Position numbers and translations under genes: made by a program
The notes under the pieces: generated by a model
Databases searched by the model: none
What the model was told of the DNA's origin: nothing
What the model saw: the letters and a program-made list of their open reading frames with translations, nothing else
Source: an uncultured Candidatus Rokubacteria bacterium
GTDB taxonomy: Bacteria > Methylomirabilota > Methylomirabilia > Rokubacteriales > CSP1-6
Assembly (NCBI GenBank): GCA_963771355.1
Contig: CAVYTA010000005.1
Span: 64,001 to 128,000 of the forward strand
Direction of reading: 5' to 3'
Length of the DNA stretch: 64,000 nucleotides
In this document: positions 22,266 through 31,790 of the stretch, in pieces
How positions within the stretch are numbered: position 1 is the stretch's first letter
Layout of the letters: every line of letters starts with the position of its first letter

Positions 22266-23135
22266 GCCTTCGGCATTGCGCAGCGTCGGGTCCAGGAGAT
22301 CGCGCAGCCCGTCGCCGAGCAGGTTCGCGCCCAGCACGACGAGGGCGATCATGAGCCCGGGAGCGGTGGCGAGCCACCACGCATTGGACAGGTAGTCACG
22401 GCCCTCAGCCAGCATTGAACCCCACGACGGCAGCGGCGCCTGGACGCCCATCCCGAGGAAGCTGAGACCGGATTCCAGCAGAACCATGGTGGCGAACTGG
22501 CTGGAGCCGATCACGAGGATAGGCGCCACGGTATTCGGCAGGACGTGTCGCAGGATGATGCGCATATCGCGGGCGCCGAGCATGGCGGCGGCATCGATGT
22601 AGTCGAGGCTGCGAATCGTGAGGACGTGAGCCCGGATCGTCCGCGCGTAGAGCACCCATCCGCTGAGCGCGAGGACCCCCACCAGCGTGATCGGGCTCGT
22701 GCCGACCACGGCGACGATGGCGATGGCGAGCATGATGACCGGAAAAGCCAGCTGCACGTCCGCCACTCGCATGATGACGGCGTCCGTTTTCCCGCTGCCC
22801 CAGCTCGCGGCGAGCCCCACCGCCACGCCCACCACTCCGGCGATGGCGACGGCGGTCGCGGCGAGGGCCAGGGAGACACGCCCGCCGTGGAGCAGGCGAG
22901 CCAGGATGTCCCGGCCGAGATTGTCCGTGCCGAGCAGGTGCGCGCGCGTGCCGCCCAGGCCCCAGGGTGGAGCGAGGCGCTGGCTGAAGCTCGGCTTTAC
23001 GGGATCGTAGCTCGTGAGCGCCGGGGCGAGGAGGCTCGCCAAGACAACGGCGCCGAACAGAACGCCCCCGATCGCAATGGTGGGATGGCGACGTCCCCAG
23101 CGCCGAAGCCGCCCGGTGTCGTCGCGGGATGCCAT
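22263..23135 (-). CDS. Peptide/nickel ABC permease (DppC-like)
   Basis: HLLGTDNLGRD, ESGLSFLG, PSWG, GDGLRD. Confidence 0.93.
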   Translation of the reverse strand: MASRDDTGRLRRWGRRHPTIAIGGVLFGAVVLASLLAPALTSYDPVKPSFSQRLAPPWGLGGTRAHLLGTDNLGRDILARLLHGGRVSLALAATAVAIAGVVGVAVGLAASWGSGKTDAVIMRVADVQLAFPVIMLAIAIVAVVGTSPITLVGVLALSGWVLYARTIRAHVLTIRSLDYIDAAAMLGARDMRIILRHVLPNTVAPILVIGSSQFATMVLLESGLSFLGMGVQAPLPSWGSMLAEGRDYLSNAWWLATAPGLMIALVVLGANLLGDGLRDLLDPTLRNAEG

Positions 23136-24055
23136 CACGAATACCGGATGCGGGGATCGATGACCGTGTAGAGCAGATCCACGAGGAGATTGATGGCGAC
23201 GAACACGGTGGCGGAGAGGATGAGCACCGTCTGGACCACCGGGAAGTCGCGGAAGAAGATGGCATCGACGATGAGCTTGCCCATGCCTGGCCACGCGAAG
23301 ACCGATTCGGTGATGACGGCGCCGCCGAGGAGCGAGCCGATCTGAAGCCCGATGACCGTCAGTACCGGGATGGCCGCATTGCGGAGGGCATGGCGGAGCA
23401 CGACGCTTTGCTCGGCGAGGCCTTTGGCGCGGCCGGTGCGGATATAGTCGCGATTGAGTATCTCGAGCATGCTCGAGCGGGTGAGACGCGCGACCAATGC
23501 GGTGGGAAAGGCCGCGAGGGTTACCGCCGGCAAGACCAGGGACGTCCAGCTCGCGAAGCCGGAGGTCGGCAGCCAGCGCAGCGCCACGCCGAAGAGCAGG
23601 ATGAGCATGATGCCGAGCCAGAAATTCGGCAGCGATTGACCGAGCACGGCGAGGATGGTGCCAGCCACGTCGTAGCGCGTGCCCCGGAGCACCGCGGTGA
23701 TGATGCCGAGCGAGACGCCGCCGGCGATCGTGACGAGCATGGCCGCGACCGTGAGCTGCACGGTGGCGGGTAGCCGCTCCAGGACCACCCGCAGGGCGGG
23801 CGCCCGGTACTGGAAGGACTGGCCGAAATCCCCCTGGGCCACGCTGCGCAGGAAGAGGCCGTACTGGACGATCAAGGGCTCGCGCAGCCCCAGCTGCCGG
23901 TTCAGCTCCGCCACCGCGGACTCGGGAGCGCCGTCGGGCAGCAGCATCCGGGCCGGGTCGCCGGGCAGGACGCGAAGGATGATGAACACCAGCACCGATA
24001 CGCCCAGTAGCGTCAGCGCCGACTGCGCCACGCGCCGGAGGATATAGGTTCTCAT
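23135..24055 (-). CDS. Peptide/nickel ABC permease (DppB-like)
   Basis: PGDPA, GDFGQS, RAKGL, HALRNA, DPRIR. Confidence 0.95.
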   Translation of the reverse strand: MRTYILRRVAQSALTLLGVSVLVFIILRVLPGDPARMLLPDGAPESAVAELNRQLGLREPLIVQYGLFLRSVAQGDFGQSFQYRAPALRVVLERLPATVQLTVAAMLVTIAGGVSLGIITAVLRGTRYDVAGTILAVLGQSLPNFWLGIMLILLFGVALRWLPTSGFASWTSLVLPAVTLAAFPTALVARLTRSSMLEILNRDYIRTGRAKGLAEQSVVLRHALRNAAIPVLTVIGLQIGSLLGGAVITESVFAWPGMGKLIVDAIFFRDFPVVQTVLILSATVFVAINLLVDLLYTVIDPRIRYS

Positions 24056-24094
24056 CGGTCGCGCGGCTCTGCCGGCTCCGGCGCGGCCGGCCCG

Positions 24095-25627
24095 CTACAC
24101 GATGCCGACGTCACTCAGGAGGACGTAGTAGTCGCGGCGCGCCTCGAAGTTGCGCAGGCGATCGCTGACGCCGTAGATCGCGACGGTGTAGTAGAGCCAG
24201 AGCTCGGCATCCTCGTCCCAGATGATGCGCTCGAGCTCCTCGTACTTCGCCTGCCGCACCTTGGGGTCAGGCACGCGCCCCTCCGCGACGAGCTGCTCCA
24301 CCCGGGGATTCGTGTACCGGGTGAGCTTCTCGGAGCCGGCCCTGGTGAACCACTGGCCGAAGTACCAGTCGGGGTCGTGGGGCATGTGCGCCCAGCCGGA
24401 GAAGAAGAGATCGTAGGTGCCCGCCGTCCGCTGCTCGCGCGCGGAGGCGATCTCGAGGTTCTTGATATTGAGCTTGATGCCCACGTCGCCGAGCATCGCC
24501 GCGACGGCCTGCGTGATCTCGAGCTGCTTGGGGTAGAGGTCCTTCATCAGCACGATATCGACGGAGACATTGGAGTAGCCGGCTTGCTTGAGGATTTGCC
24601 GCGCCCTCTCGGGATCATAGACCTTGGCCGGCAGGCTCGCATGGCCGATGAGGCCGGGGGGCACGGGGCTGTCCACGGACCGCCCATATCCGAGGAGCAG
24701 CTCCTTGATGATCACGTTGCGGTCGATGGCGAGCGAGATGGCCTGGCGCAGCCGCTGGTCCTTCACGGGCTCGCGGCCGAGCTGGAAGATCCAGCGCTGG
24801 GCCTCGATGGCGGGCACGTCGAGCACCTTGACGCCGCGCGTGCCCTTGAGCGTCTCAACCAGATCCGGCGTGACCCGGTCGATCACCTGCAGCTCGCCGG
24901 CCCGGAGGGCGGCCGTGCGCGTGGATAGCTCCGGAATGAACCGGAAGGTGACCTTCTCGACCTTGGGGATGCCCGGCTTCCAGTAGCTCGGATTCGCGGT
25001 CATCGCGATCTGATCGCCGTGGGTCCAGGACGCGAAACGGAAGGGACCGGTGCCGATTGGCTTCTGGAAGAAGGCCTCTTCGTTTTTCGCCACGCTCGGC
25101 GGCAGCATGCCCAGCATGGTGAGATGGGCGGGGAGGGAGCCGAAGGGCCGCTTGGACGTGACGATGACCGCGTAGTCTCCGTCCTTCTCCACGGACTCGA
25201 TGTCCTGGTACACGAAGGACTTGATGAGCTTGCTATTGCTCTGGACGCGCCTGAGCGTGAAGACCACGCTGTCCGCGTTGAACGGCGTCCCGTCGTGAAA
25301 GGCGACCCCCTTGCGGAGCGTGAACCGCCAGGTCGTGTTGTTGATCGGGCGCCAGGTCTCGGCGAGCGCGGGAACGAACTTGGAGTCATTGGTCACGTCG
25401 ATGAGCGGGTCGAAGAGGTGGCGCAGGACGGAGGTCGTGGAGATCGAGTAGTGGTTGGCGGGATCGAGCGTGAGCATGCGCTCGGACAGGCCGGCGGCGA
25501 TCTCGCCGCTGCGCTTGGCCTGCCCGGCGGCCAGGCCCGGCGCGCCGGCCAGCGCCAGGCCCGCCGCGCCCACCGCCAGGAAGTCGCGACGGCCGATATG
25601 ATCGAATCGTGGATGCTGCTCGCGCAT
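24095..25627 (-). CDS. Family 5 solute-binding protein (DppA-like), Tat signal
   Basis: GRRDFL; LRKGVAFHDG, PIGTGPF. Confidence 0.92.
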   Translation of the reverse strand: MREQHPRFDHIGRRDFLAVGAAGLALAGAPGLAAGQAKRSGEIAAGLSERMLTLDPANHYSISTTSVLRHLFDPLIDVTNDSKFVPALAETWRPINNTTWRFTLRKGVAFHDGTPFNADSVVFTLRRVQSNSKLIKSFVYQDIESVEKDGDYAVIVTSKRPFGSLPAHLTMLGMLPPSVAKNEEAFFQKPIGTGPFRFASWTHGDQIAMTANPSYWKPGIPKVEKVTFRFIPELSTRTAALRAGELQVIDRVTPDLVETLKGTRGVKVLDVPAIEAQRWIFQLGREPVKDQRLRQAISLAIDRNVIIKELLLGYGRSVDSPVPPGLIGHASLPAKVYDPERARQILKQAGYSNVSVDIVLMKDLYPKQLEITQAVAAMLGDVGIKLNIKNLEIASAREQRTAGTYDLFFSGWAHMPHDPDWYFGQWFTRAGSEKLTRYTNPRVEQLVAEGRVPDPKVRQAKYEELERIIWDEDAELWLYYTVAIYGVSDRLRNFEARRDYYVLLSDVGIV

Positions 25628-25818
25628 GGGCTCTCTCCTGTGTGATGCCGTTCGGGACACAGCAAACACCTACGCCGGCTCGCATCACGGGCCCCCATAC
25701 CGCGGGCGCCCCGCATGGCTGCGGCCCGATTGTATCGAACCCGCCGGGCTGGGGTCCGGCGAAAACTGAGTCGCCCAGCTCATCAGGGCGAGCAGATCAT
25801 GGGCACCCATCGAGCTTC

Positions 25819-25845
25819 TGTCGATCCTGTCGGCCACCGTTCGAC
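25819..25845 (+). promoter_or_regulatory. ECF42-type promoter TGTCGA-N17-CGAC
   Basis: Motif lies directly upstream of a DGPF/YciI gene. Confidence 0.55.
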
Positions 25846-25890
25846 TACTTGCTGGAATGCCCAGCCTGAGAGACCCGGAAAGGAGCGATC

Positions 25891-26223
25891 ATGCGCTATC
25901 TGATGCTCATCTGCACCGATCCGTCGGCGGAGCCATACGACCCCGAGCAGGACAATATCGAGTCATGGGTGTCCGAGATGGACGGCAAGGGAATTCGAAA
26001 GGCGGGCGACCGCTTGGCCGGGGTGGATCAAGCCATCACCGTCCGCAAGCGGAGCGGTAAGGTCCTGAAAACGAACGGGCCATTTGCCGAGACCAAGGAG
26101 TGGATCGCCGGCTATGACGTGATTGAGTGCGCAAGCCTTGATGAGGCGATCGGGGTGGCCGCGAAGCACCCCATGGCGCGCTTCGGGAAGATCGAGATTA
26201 GGCCCTTCTGGCGGACCGACTAG
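25891..26223 (+). CDS. YciI (DGPF) family protein
   Basis: MRYLMLI, NGPFAETKEWIAGY, IEIRP. Confidence 0.92.
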   Translation: MRYLMLICTDPSAEPYDPEQDNIESWVSEMDGKGIRKAGDRLAGVDQAITVRKRSGKVLKTNGPFAETKEWIAGYDVIECASLDEAIGVAAKHPMARFGKIEIRPFWRTD

Positions 26224-26273
26224 CGCCCCGGAGAGATTGAGCCCATGATCCGGGCCCTTCGGTGTGGGGCGGA

Positions 26274-26304
26274 GTGCTCATATCCAAGGGCCTGGATCCG
26301 GCCT
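26274..26304 (+). repeat. Direct repeat copy 2 (orphan modA-like 3' end, VLISKGLDPA*)
   Basis: GTGCTCAtaTCCAAGGGCCTGGATCCGGCCT, read through a TGA stop. Confidence 0.85.
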
Positions 26305-26321
26305 GAGAGTCGCGGCCCAGG

Positions 26322-27248
26322 TCACCCCATGAAGTCCCGGACGATCCGGTTGAACTTGTCCGGATTCTCCATGAACATGAAGTGGTTTCCGCCCTCGTTC
26401 TCCTCGAAGATCTCGATCCTCGAGCCGCGGACCTGCTTCTGGATCCACACCTGTGACTTCCAGGGCACGACGCTCGCCCGGCCCCCGACCACCAGAGTCG
26501 GCAGGTTGATGCGCGGAATGACCCGGCGCCAGTCCTGGGTCGCGTGATTGTAGAGGAGCGCGGCCGCGTACTGCCGCGGCATCTTCAGGTTCTGCTGGAC
26601 CACCCAGCTCACCTCGGACCGGGAGTAGGCCTTCGTGAACATTCCCCCGATGAACCCTTCGGTGGTCTTGACCCCGTCCGGGCCGGCGAGCTGGTTGATC
26701 GTGTCGTAGAGGGAGGTGGGGTCGAAGATCGCGCCCGCGTCCTCTTTCTCCTGCGGCGACCACCGAGGGTCCGCGGTGATCATCGGCATCTGGTCCACGA
26801 AGATCAGCTTCGACAGGCGGTCCTGGCGCCAGAGCTGCCAGTAGCTCCAGATGACGGAGCTTCCCATCGAGTGCCCCATGAGGGTGACGTCGGTCAAGTT
26901 ACGGGCGATGAGCAGGTCCTGCACATCCTTGGCGAGCCGCTGGATGGTGTAGCCGTTGTCGGGCTTGTCCGACTCCCCATGGCCGCGCATGTCCACCGCG
27001 ATCACCCGGTAGCGGTCACTGAGGCCGCTGAGCTGATGCTTGAACTGGGCGGCGGTTTGCGACCAGCCCGGGATGCATATGAGTGGCTTACCGGATCCGG
27101 CTTCCTCGTAGCGGAGGGTGACCCCGTCGTTGGTGGTCACCGCGCCTTTGGTGGCTGTGGCCGTGGACGGCGGCGACGTGGAGGCTCGCGAGCAGGCGAC
27201 GGCGGCGGCTGATACGGCGGCCCCGGTGATGAAGGTGCGGCGATCCAT
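26322..27248 (-). CDS. alpha/beta hydrolase (perhydrolase-like) with Tat/lipoprotein-like signal
   Basis: DRRTFI...AVAC; DMRGHG, GHSMG, GNHF. Confidence 0.88.
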   Translation of the reverse strand: MDRRTFITGAAVSAAAVACSRASTSPPSTATATKGAVTTNDGVTLRYEEAGSGKPLICIPGWSQTAAQFKHQLSGLSDRYRVIAVDMRGHGESDKPDNGYTIQRLAKDVQDLLIARNLTDVTLMGHSMGSSVIWSYWQLWRQDRLSKLIFVDQMPMITADPRWSPQEKEDAGAIFDPTSLYDTINQLAGPDGVKTTEGFIGGMFTKAYSRSEVSWVVQQNLKMPRQYAAALLYNHATQDWRRVIPRINLPTLVVGGRASVVPWKSQVWIQKQVRGSRIEIFEENEGGNHFMFMENPDKFNRIVRDFMG

Positions 27249-27329
27249 AGGGCTCCCCCCTCGACGTTGTGAGAGGCGTTGCATGGACGCGAACCAGCGA
27301 CTGCAGGCTACCATACCGCCACCGAGCGC

Positions 27330-28472
27330 TCAGGACGGTCTGGATGCCGCCTGAACCTGCCGGAAGACGCGCTGGGCGTTTCCGCCAAGGACTTTCGCCA
27401 CCTCCGCGCTTCGGTAGCCATGGTCGAGCAGGGCGGCGGCGAGGGATGGCCACCGCGCGTAGCTGGTGAAGATGGCGTTGGGGCCGATGCCATCCATGTC
27501 CGTGCCCAGGCCGACGTGGTCGACTCCTACCACGTCCACCAGGCGCGAGACGTAGTGCACGTAGCCGCTGATATCATCGCCGCGCCGTCCGAAGATGATC
27601 GGCATGGCGCCGATGACGCCGCCCGTCCTGGCCACCAGGCGGGCGTGCTCGGGACTGATGAAGCGAGACCAGCCGGTGGCGTCCTGGATGTTGGAGTGGG
27701 ACAGGATGATGGGCTGGGTGGTCGTCTCCACCACCCCTGCCACGACGGCAGGGGTGGCGTGCGCCACGTCCACCACGATGCCCAATCGATTCATCTCCCG
27801 CACGACCGCCCGGCCGAAGGCGGTCAGTCCGCCATGCACCGGCGGCGCCGTCTGGATGTCTCCCAGCTCGTTCACCCGGTAATGGACGAGCTGTAGCGAG
27901 CGGATGCCACGGTCGAACGCTTCCTGTACCCGGTCGATGCGGCCTTCCAGGAAGTCGCTCCCCTCGACGGCGAGCAGGCCCCGCACCGGAGGGCCGGGGT
28001 CCTCGGCGGCCGTCACGCTCAGCACTGTCGGCATCCCCGCACTCGCACTCCAGCCCACCAGAGTGTCGAGCTGCCGGTACATGGACGCATACAGCTCGCC
28101 CGGCCGCGGCTCGCGGGTGGCGTAGAGCCCCCCGCGTGAATTGACGCCCAGGACCGGCGCGTCCGACGTGGCGGTAAGGCTGATCAGCTTCACCAGTCCG
28201 GCCTCGGCGGCCTGCCGATGACCGGCAAGCGAATCGTTCGACATGCTCCGGAAGAGGCCGGGATGGGAGTGGAGGTCGAACGAAAGCGTGGCCGCGAGCA
28301 GCTCGCGCGTGGGGCCGGACGGCGGAGCTCCGACGGTGGCGCAGGCCGTGGCCACGATGGGTACGGCCGCCGTGGCGAGGAAGCCGCGCCGGCTGAGTCC
28401 GCCGGCCTTGTGCCGCAGGTCGGCAACGGCCAGGAGCTGCGACCACCAATCGAAGCAACTCGGGCTGCACAT
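27330..28472 (-). CDS. Membrane dipeptidase (M19)
   Basis: DLHSH, VEG, GGLTAFG, DVAH, SHS, HVGLGTDMDG; SRRGFL Tat-like. Confidence 0.88.
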   Translation of the reverse strand: MCSPSCFDWWSQLLAVADLRHKAGGLSRRGFLATAAVPIVATACATVGAPPSGPTRELLAATLSFDLHSHPGLFRSMSNDSLAGHRQAAEAGLVKLISLTATSDAPVLGVNSRGGLYATREPRPGELYASMYRQLDTLVGWSASAGMPTVLSVTAAEDPGPPVRGLLAVEGSDFLEGRIDRVQEAFDRGIRSLQLVHYRVNELGDIQTAPPVHGGLTAFGRAVVREMNRLGIVVDVAHATPAVVAGVVETTTQPIILSHSNIQDATGWSRFISPEHARLVARTGGVIGAMPIIFGRRGDDISGYVHYVSRLVDVVGVDHVGLGTDMDGIGPNAIFTSYARWPSLAAALLDHGYRSAEVAKVLGGNAQRVFRQVQAASRPS

Positions 28473-28479
28473 GTCGCGA

Positions 28480-29508
28480 TCACCGGAACGCCGGCAGCAC
28501 CTCTTTGGCGAAGAGCTGCATCGATTTCATGATGCGCGGGTGCTCGAGGTCGCCGAACCAGAAGCTGCAGTTGAAGTGGGTGATGCCGACCATCTCCTTC
28601 ACGCGCGTGATCTGGCGGATGACGGTGTCCGGCGTGCCGATCACGAGGAAGCGATCGAGCAGGTCGTCGGTGTCCGGCTCTTTCGGGCCGGGGACGGCCA
28701 CGGCGCGGCCGCGCTCCACTTTCTCGTAGTGATTGCGCAGGCTGAGCGTGACGCGCATGTTCCAGCGCGCTTCCTCGGCGGCGGCGCGCGCGTCGGCCGC
28801 GTTCTCGGTGACATAGACCGCGCGCTGCACGCCGACCGCCGGCATGCGAGACGGCTTCAGCTCCGCGATCAGGCGATCGAACTGCCTCCGGAAGTCCGCC
28901 ATACGCTCGATCGGGACACCGAAGCCGCCGGTGAGCAGGTTGAAGCCGCGCCGCACCGTCGCTTCGACCGACTCGGGGCTCTGCGCCGTCACCCAGATGG
29001 GCGGGTGCGGCTTCTGCAGCGGCTGCGGGAAGATCGTCGTCTCCGGAATCTGGAAGAGCTTGCCGGCGTAGGTGAACGGCTCCCCGGTGAAGGCCTTGAG
29101 GATGATGTCGACGGACTCTTCCCATCGCGCCCGGGCGGTGTCGAGCTCCAGGCCCAGACGCTCGAACTCGTAGTGCTGGTAGCCGCGCCCGAGCCCGATG
29201 TCGACACGGCCGCCGGCCAGCTGGTCCAGGGTGGCGATCTCCTCCGCGATGACGAGTGGGTGATGCAGTGGCACCACGATGACAGCGGTCCCCACGCGCA
29301 GCCGCGTGGTCTTCGCGGCGAGAAAGGTGGCGAGCTGCGCCGGACGCGAGAGGTAGCCGTAGGTCGAGAAATGATGCTCGGCGAGCCACACATTGCTGAA
29401 GCCGAGCGTCTCGGCCGCCTGCGCGATGTCGACGGCCCGCGAGTAGATCTCCTGCGAGGAGCGCATGGACGGCGACTGCATCAGGAGGAAGGTGCCGAAA
29501 TTGATCAT
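28480..29508 (-). CDS. LLM-class flavin-dependent oxidoreductase
   Basis: VWLAEHHF, AEEIATLD, GLGRGY, PLQKPHPPIW. Confidence 0.93.
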   Translation of the reverse strand: MINFGTFLLMQSPSMRSSQEIYSRAVDIAQAAETLGFSNVWLAEHHFSTYGYLSRPAQLATFLAAKTTRLRVGTAVIVVPLHHPLVIAEEIATLDQLAGGRVDIGLGRGYQHYEFERLGLELDTARARWEESVDIILKAFTGEPFTYAGKLFQIPETTIFPQPLQKPHPPIWVTAQSPESVEATVRRGFNLLTGGFGVPIERMADFRRQFDRLIAELKPSRMPAVGVQRAVYVTENAADARAAAEEARWNMRVTLSLRNHYEKVERGRAVAVPGPKEPDTDDLLDRFLVIGTPDTVIRQITRVKEMVGITHFNCSFWFGDLEHPRIMKSMQLFAKEVLPAFR

Positions 29509-29515
29509 GGGCCAC

Positions 29516-29544
29516 ACTCTGCCCGGTCGCGGTAGCCCCGTCAA
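29516..29544 (-). promoter_or_regulatory. sigma70-type promoter TTGACG-N17-CAGAGT (leaderless LLM gene)
   Basis: -10 ends 7 nt before ATG 29508; homologous copy at 49161-49204. Confidence 0.65.
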
Positions 29545-29654
29545 GCGCGCGAGGGAGTCAAAACGGCGGCGCGCGAACGGCCACGCAAGGTCGGGGGTGC
29601 GCGTCCCGCGCGCCGCCAGCTTCAGGTCTTACTTCTCGTCGCGGATCGCCGCCT

Positions 29655-30803
29655 TCAGCGGAGTCCTTTGTTCGGGTTGATCAGATACTTCCCGCCGGTG
29701 GCTTGCTTGCCATAGACGGCGATCTCCTCGAGCCGCAGCGCCTCGGCGAGAGAAACTTCCTTCGTGTAGGTGCTCGCGAACGTGGTCTTGATCTCGGCCG
29801 CGACTCGCTCTCGGAGCTTCTGGGCGGCCTCGAAGCCAATCTTCTGCAGGAAGGGGGTGAGCAGCCAGCCGCCAATCCCCCACGCCATGCCGAAGGCGCG
29901 GTTGAACTCGGTCGGCCCGCGGTCGAGTCCCCCGTAGATGTATACCTGCTTGTGGGTGGTGGACCCATAGCGGCTGTATTCCTTCGCCGTCTTGTTCGCG
30001 GCAATCTCCATGGCGGTGAGTATCTGCCCGGCCAGTCTTCCCCCGCCGATCGCATCGAAGGCCACCGTGGCCCCGGTGGCGACCAGAGCCTCGGTCAGCT
30101 CGTCCATGAAGGTTGGCGAGTCCGAGTTGCACACGTAGGGGGCCCCGAGCTTCTTCAGGACGTCCACCTGCTCGGACTTGCGCACGATGTTCACCAGGCC
30201 AACGCGGTCCTTGATGCAGATCTTGTTGAGCATCTGCCCGAGATTGGAGGCGGCTGCCGTGTGCACGAGCGCCTTGTGACCCTCCGCGCGCATGGTTTCG
30301 ACCATGCCGAGCGCGGTGAGCGGGTTGACGAAGCAGGAGGCGCCCTCGGCAGCGGTCGTACCTGGCGGCAGTACCAGGCATTGCACGGCCTTGATGCAGC
30401 GGTACTGCGAGTACATGGCGCCACCGAGGATGGCGACCGTCTTCCCCATCAGCGCTTGCGCGGCGGGAGACGTCCCCGCCTGGACGACCACCCCGGCCCC
30501 TTCGTTGCCGACGGGCAGCGACTGCTCCAGACGCCCGGCCATCGCCTTCATCACCGCCGGCGAGATGCTCGCCGTCACTGCGGGGTCGTCAGCCGTGCCG
30601 GACGCCTTGGCCGTGCTCATGTCGGCTCCGCCGAAGAGAAGTCCCTGGTCGGAGGGATTGATAGGGGCGGCGTCGATGCGGACGACTACCTCCTCGGGTT
30701 TGGGCTCAGGGGTGGGGATACTGACGAGCGATAGCTCGAGGATGCCCTCCTTCTTGACCGTTGAACGAAGCTGAAGTCCCGTGCGCGCGCCGGTGTTTGC
30801 CAT
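29655..30803 (-). CDS. MDR-family NAD(P)H oxidoreductase (enoyl reductase-like)
   Basis: APINPSD, GNEGAG, VNPLTA, AAASNLG. Confidence 0.88.
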   Translation of the reverse strand: MANTGARTGLQLRSTVKKEGILELSLVSIPTPEPKPEEVVVRIDAAPINPSDQGLLFGGADMSTAKASGTADDPAVTASISPAVMKAMAGRLEQSLPVGNEGAGVVVQAGTSPAAQALMGKTVAILGGAMYSQYRCIKAVQCLVLPPGTTAAEGASCFVNPLTALGMVETMRAEGHKALVHTAAASNLGQMLNKICIKDRVGLVNIVRKSEQVDVLKKLGAPYVCNSDSPTFMDELTEALVATGATVAFDAIGGGRLAGQILTAMEIAANKTAKEYSRYGSTTHKQVYIYGGLDRGPTEFNRAFGMAWGIGGWLLTPFLQKIGFEAAQKLRERVAAEIKTTFASTYTKEVSLAEALRLEEIAVYGKQATGGKYLINPNKGLR

Positions 30804-30888
30804 GTGTGACCTCCATGTTCGGGGAGCCCGCGCTGCCGAGCCGCGGCGCTCATGTCCCGCATTACGAGATCCCTCTCTTCGCGGTGAA

Positions 30889-31263
30889 TCAGGAATCCGA
30901 CGGCGCGTATCGAGCATCGACGTATGCCCACGCGCGTACTCCCGATTGAAGGACGACGGCCACTCGCTTGACCGCCGCCACTTCGTACCGGTCGGCATGC
31001 TGAATTTCATCGGGCGTGACCGGAAAGACCGTCCCGGACACAACGTCGGAAGCGCGTCCGGTGAACCTGGCCATGGTGTGGAGCGCCTTTCCGCTGATGG
31101 CGACGACCGTCTGATCTTCGATCCTGAGCGAGACCAGCTCGAATCCTCGCAACGCATCGCCGGTACCCGTCAGTTGCCGACCAAACGTCGCCATTTGTAC
31201 CGCCTCGAGCTGGAGGGTGCCGTACGAGAAGAGAAGGTGGAGCGCGGTCGGCGCGACGGTCAC
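30889..31263 (-). CDS. Gamma-glutamylcyclotransferase family protein
   Basis: LFSYGTL, ADRYE, AWAYV; GTGA overlap with upstream gene. Confidence 0.85.
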   Translation of the reverse strand: MTVAPTALHLLFSYGTLQLEAVQMATFGRQLTGTGDALRGFELVSLRIEDQTVVAISGKALHTMARFTGRASDVVSGTVFPVTPDEIQHADRYEVAAVKRVAVVLQSGVRAWAYVDARYAPSDS

Positions 31264-31730
31264 TGCTGGTAGCCGTAGAGCCGCCAGACCCCCTGCTCTC
31301 GCTGGGCGACCTCTGGCTCGCGCTGCCACGAGAGGATGGATGTCCACGTGCCAAGCCACCGTAGCCGCCCCGAGACTTCGCCCGTCGAGTAGACCCACGC
31401 CTGGTCTCCCGCCATTCGCGCTTCGTCGATACGGACCCGCGCCTGGAGGGTGTCATAGACCGCAAACATCACCCGGAGCTGCTCGCGGATGGCCGGCTTC
31501 GTGAGCGGATCGGATCGATAGCGGTCCGAGACATGCCTCAGCACCCCTGCCTCGTCCAGGGCCTGGAAGCGTTCAATCGCGTGAGCGAGCGTCTGCTGGA
31601 GCTCCAGGACCACGGCACGAGGAGCGGGGATTCCCGGCAGACCCGTCGCCCCTTGCTGCGCCTCGGCGGCGAGCGGCGCGGCGAGGAGACCAAAGCCCAC
31701 GCGAGTCAGGAACGTGCGACGGCCTATCAC
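31260..31730 (-). CDS. Tat-exported NTF2/SnoaL-like protein
   Basis: GRRTFL...AAPLAAEAQQ; helix then beta strands ending GVWRLYG. Confidence 0.6.
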   Translation of the reverse strand: MIGRRTFLTRVGFGLLAAPLAAEAQQGATGLPGIPAPRAVVLELQQTLAHAIERFQALDEAGVLRHVSDRYRSDPLTKPAIREQLRVMFAVYDTLQARVRIDEARMAGDQAWVYSTGEVSGRLRWLGTWTSILSWQREPEVAQREQGVWRLYGYQQ

Positions 31731-31790
31731 TGGATGAGGGTCTTCTCCCCGGCGATTGTACATGAAGCTCGAGGGCGTCGAAGCGAGCGG

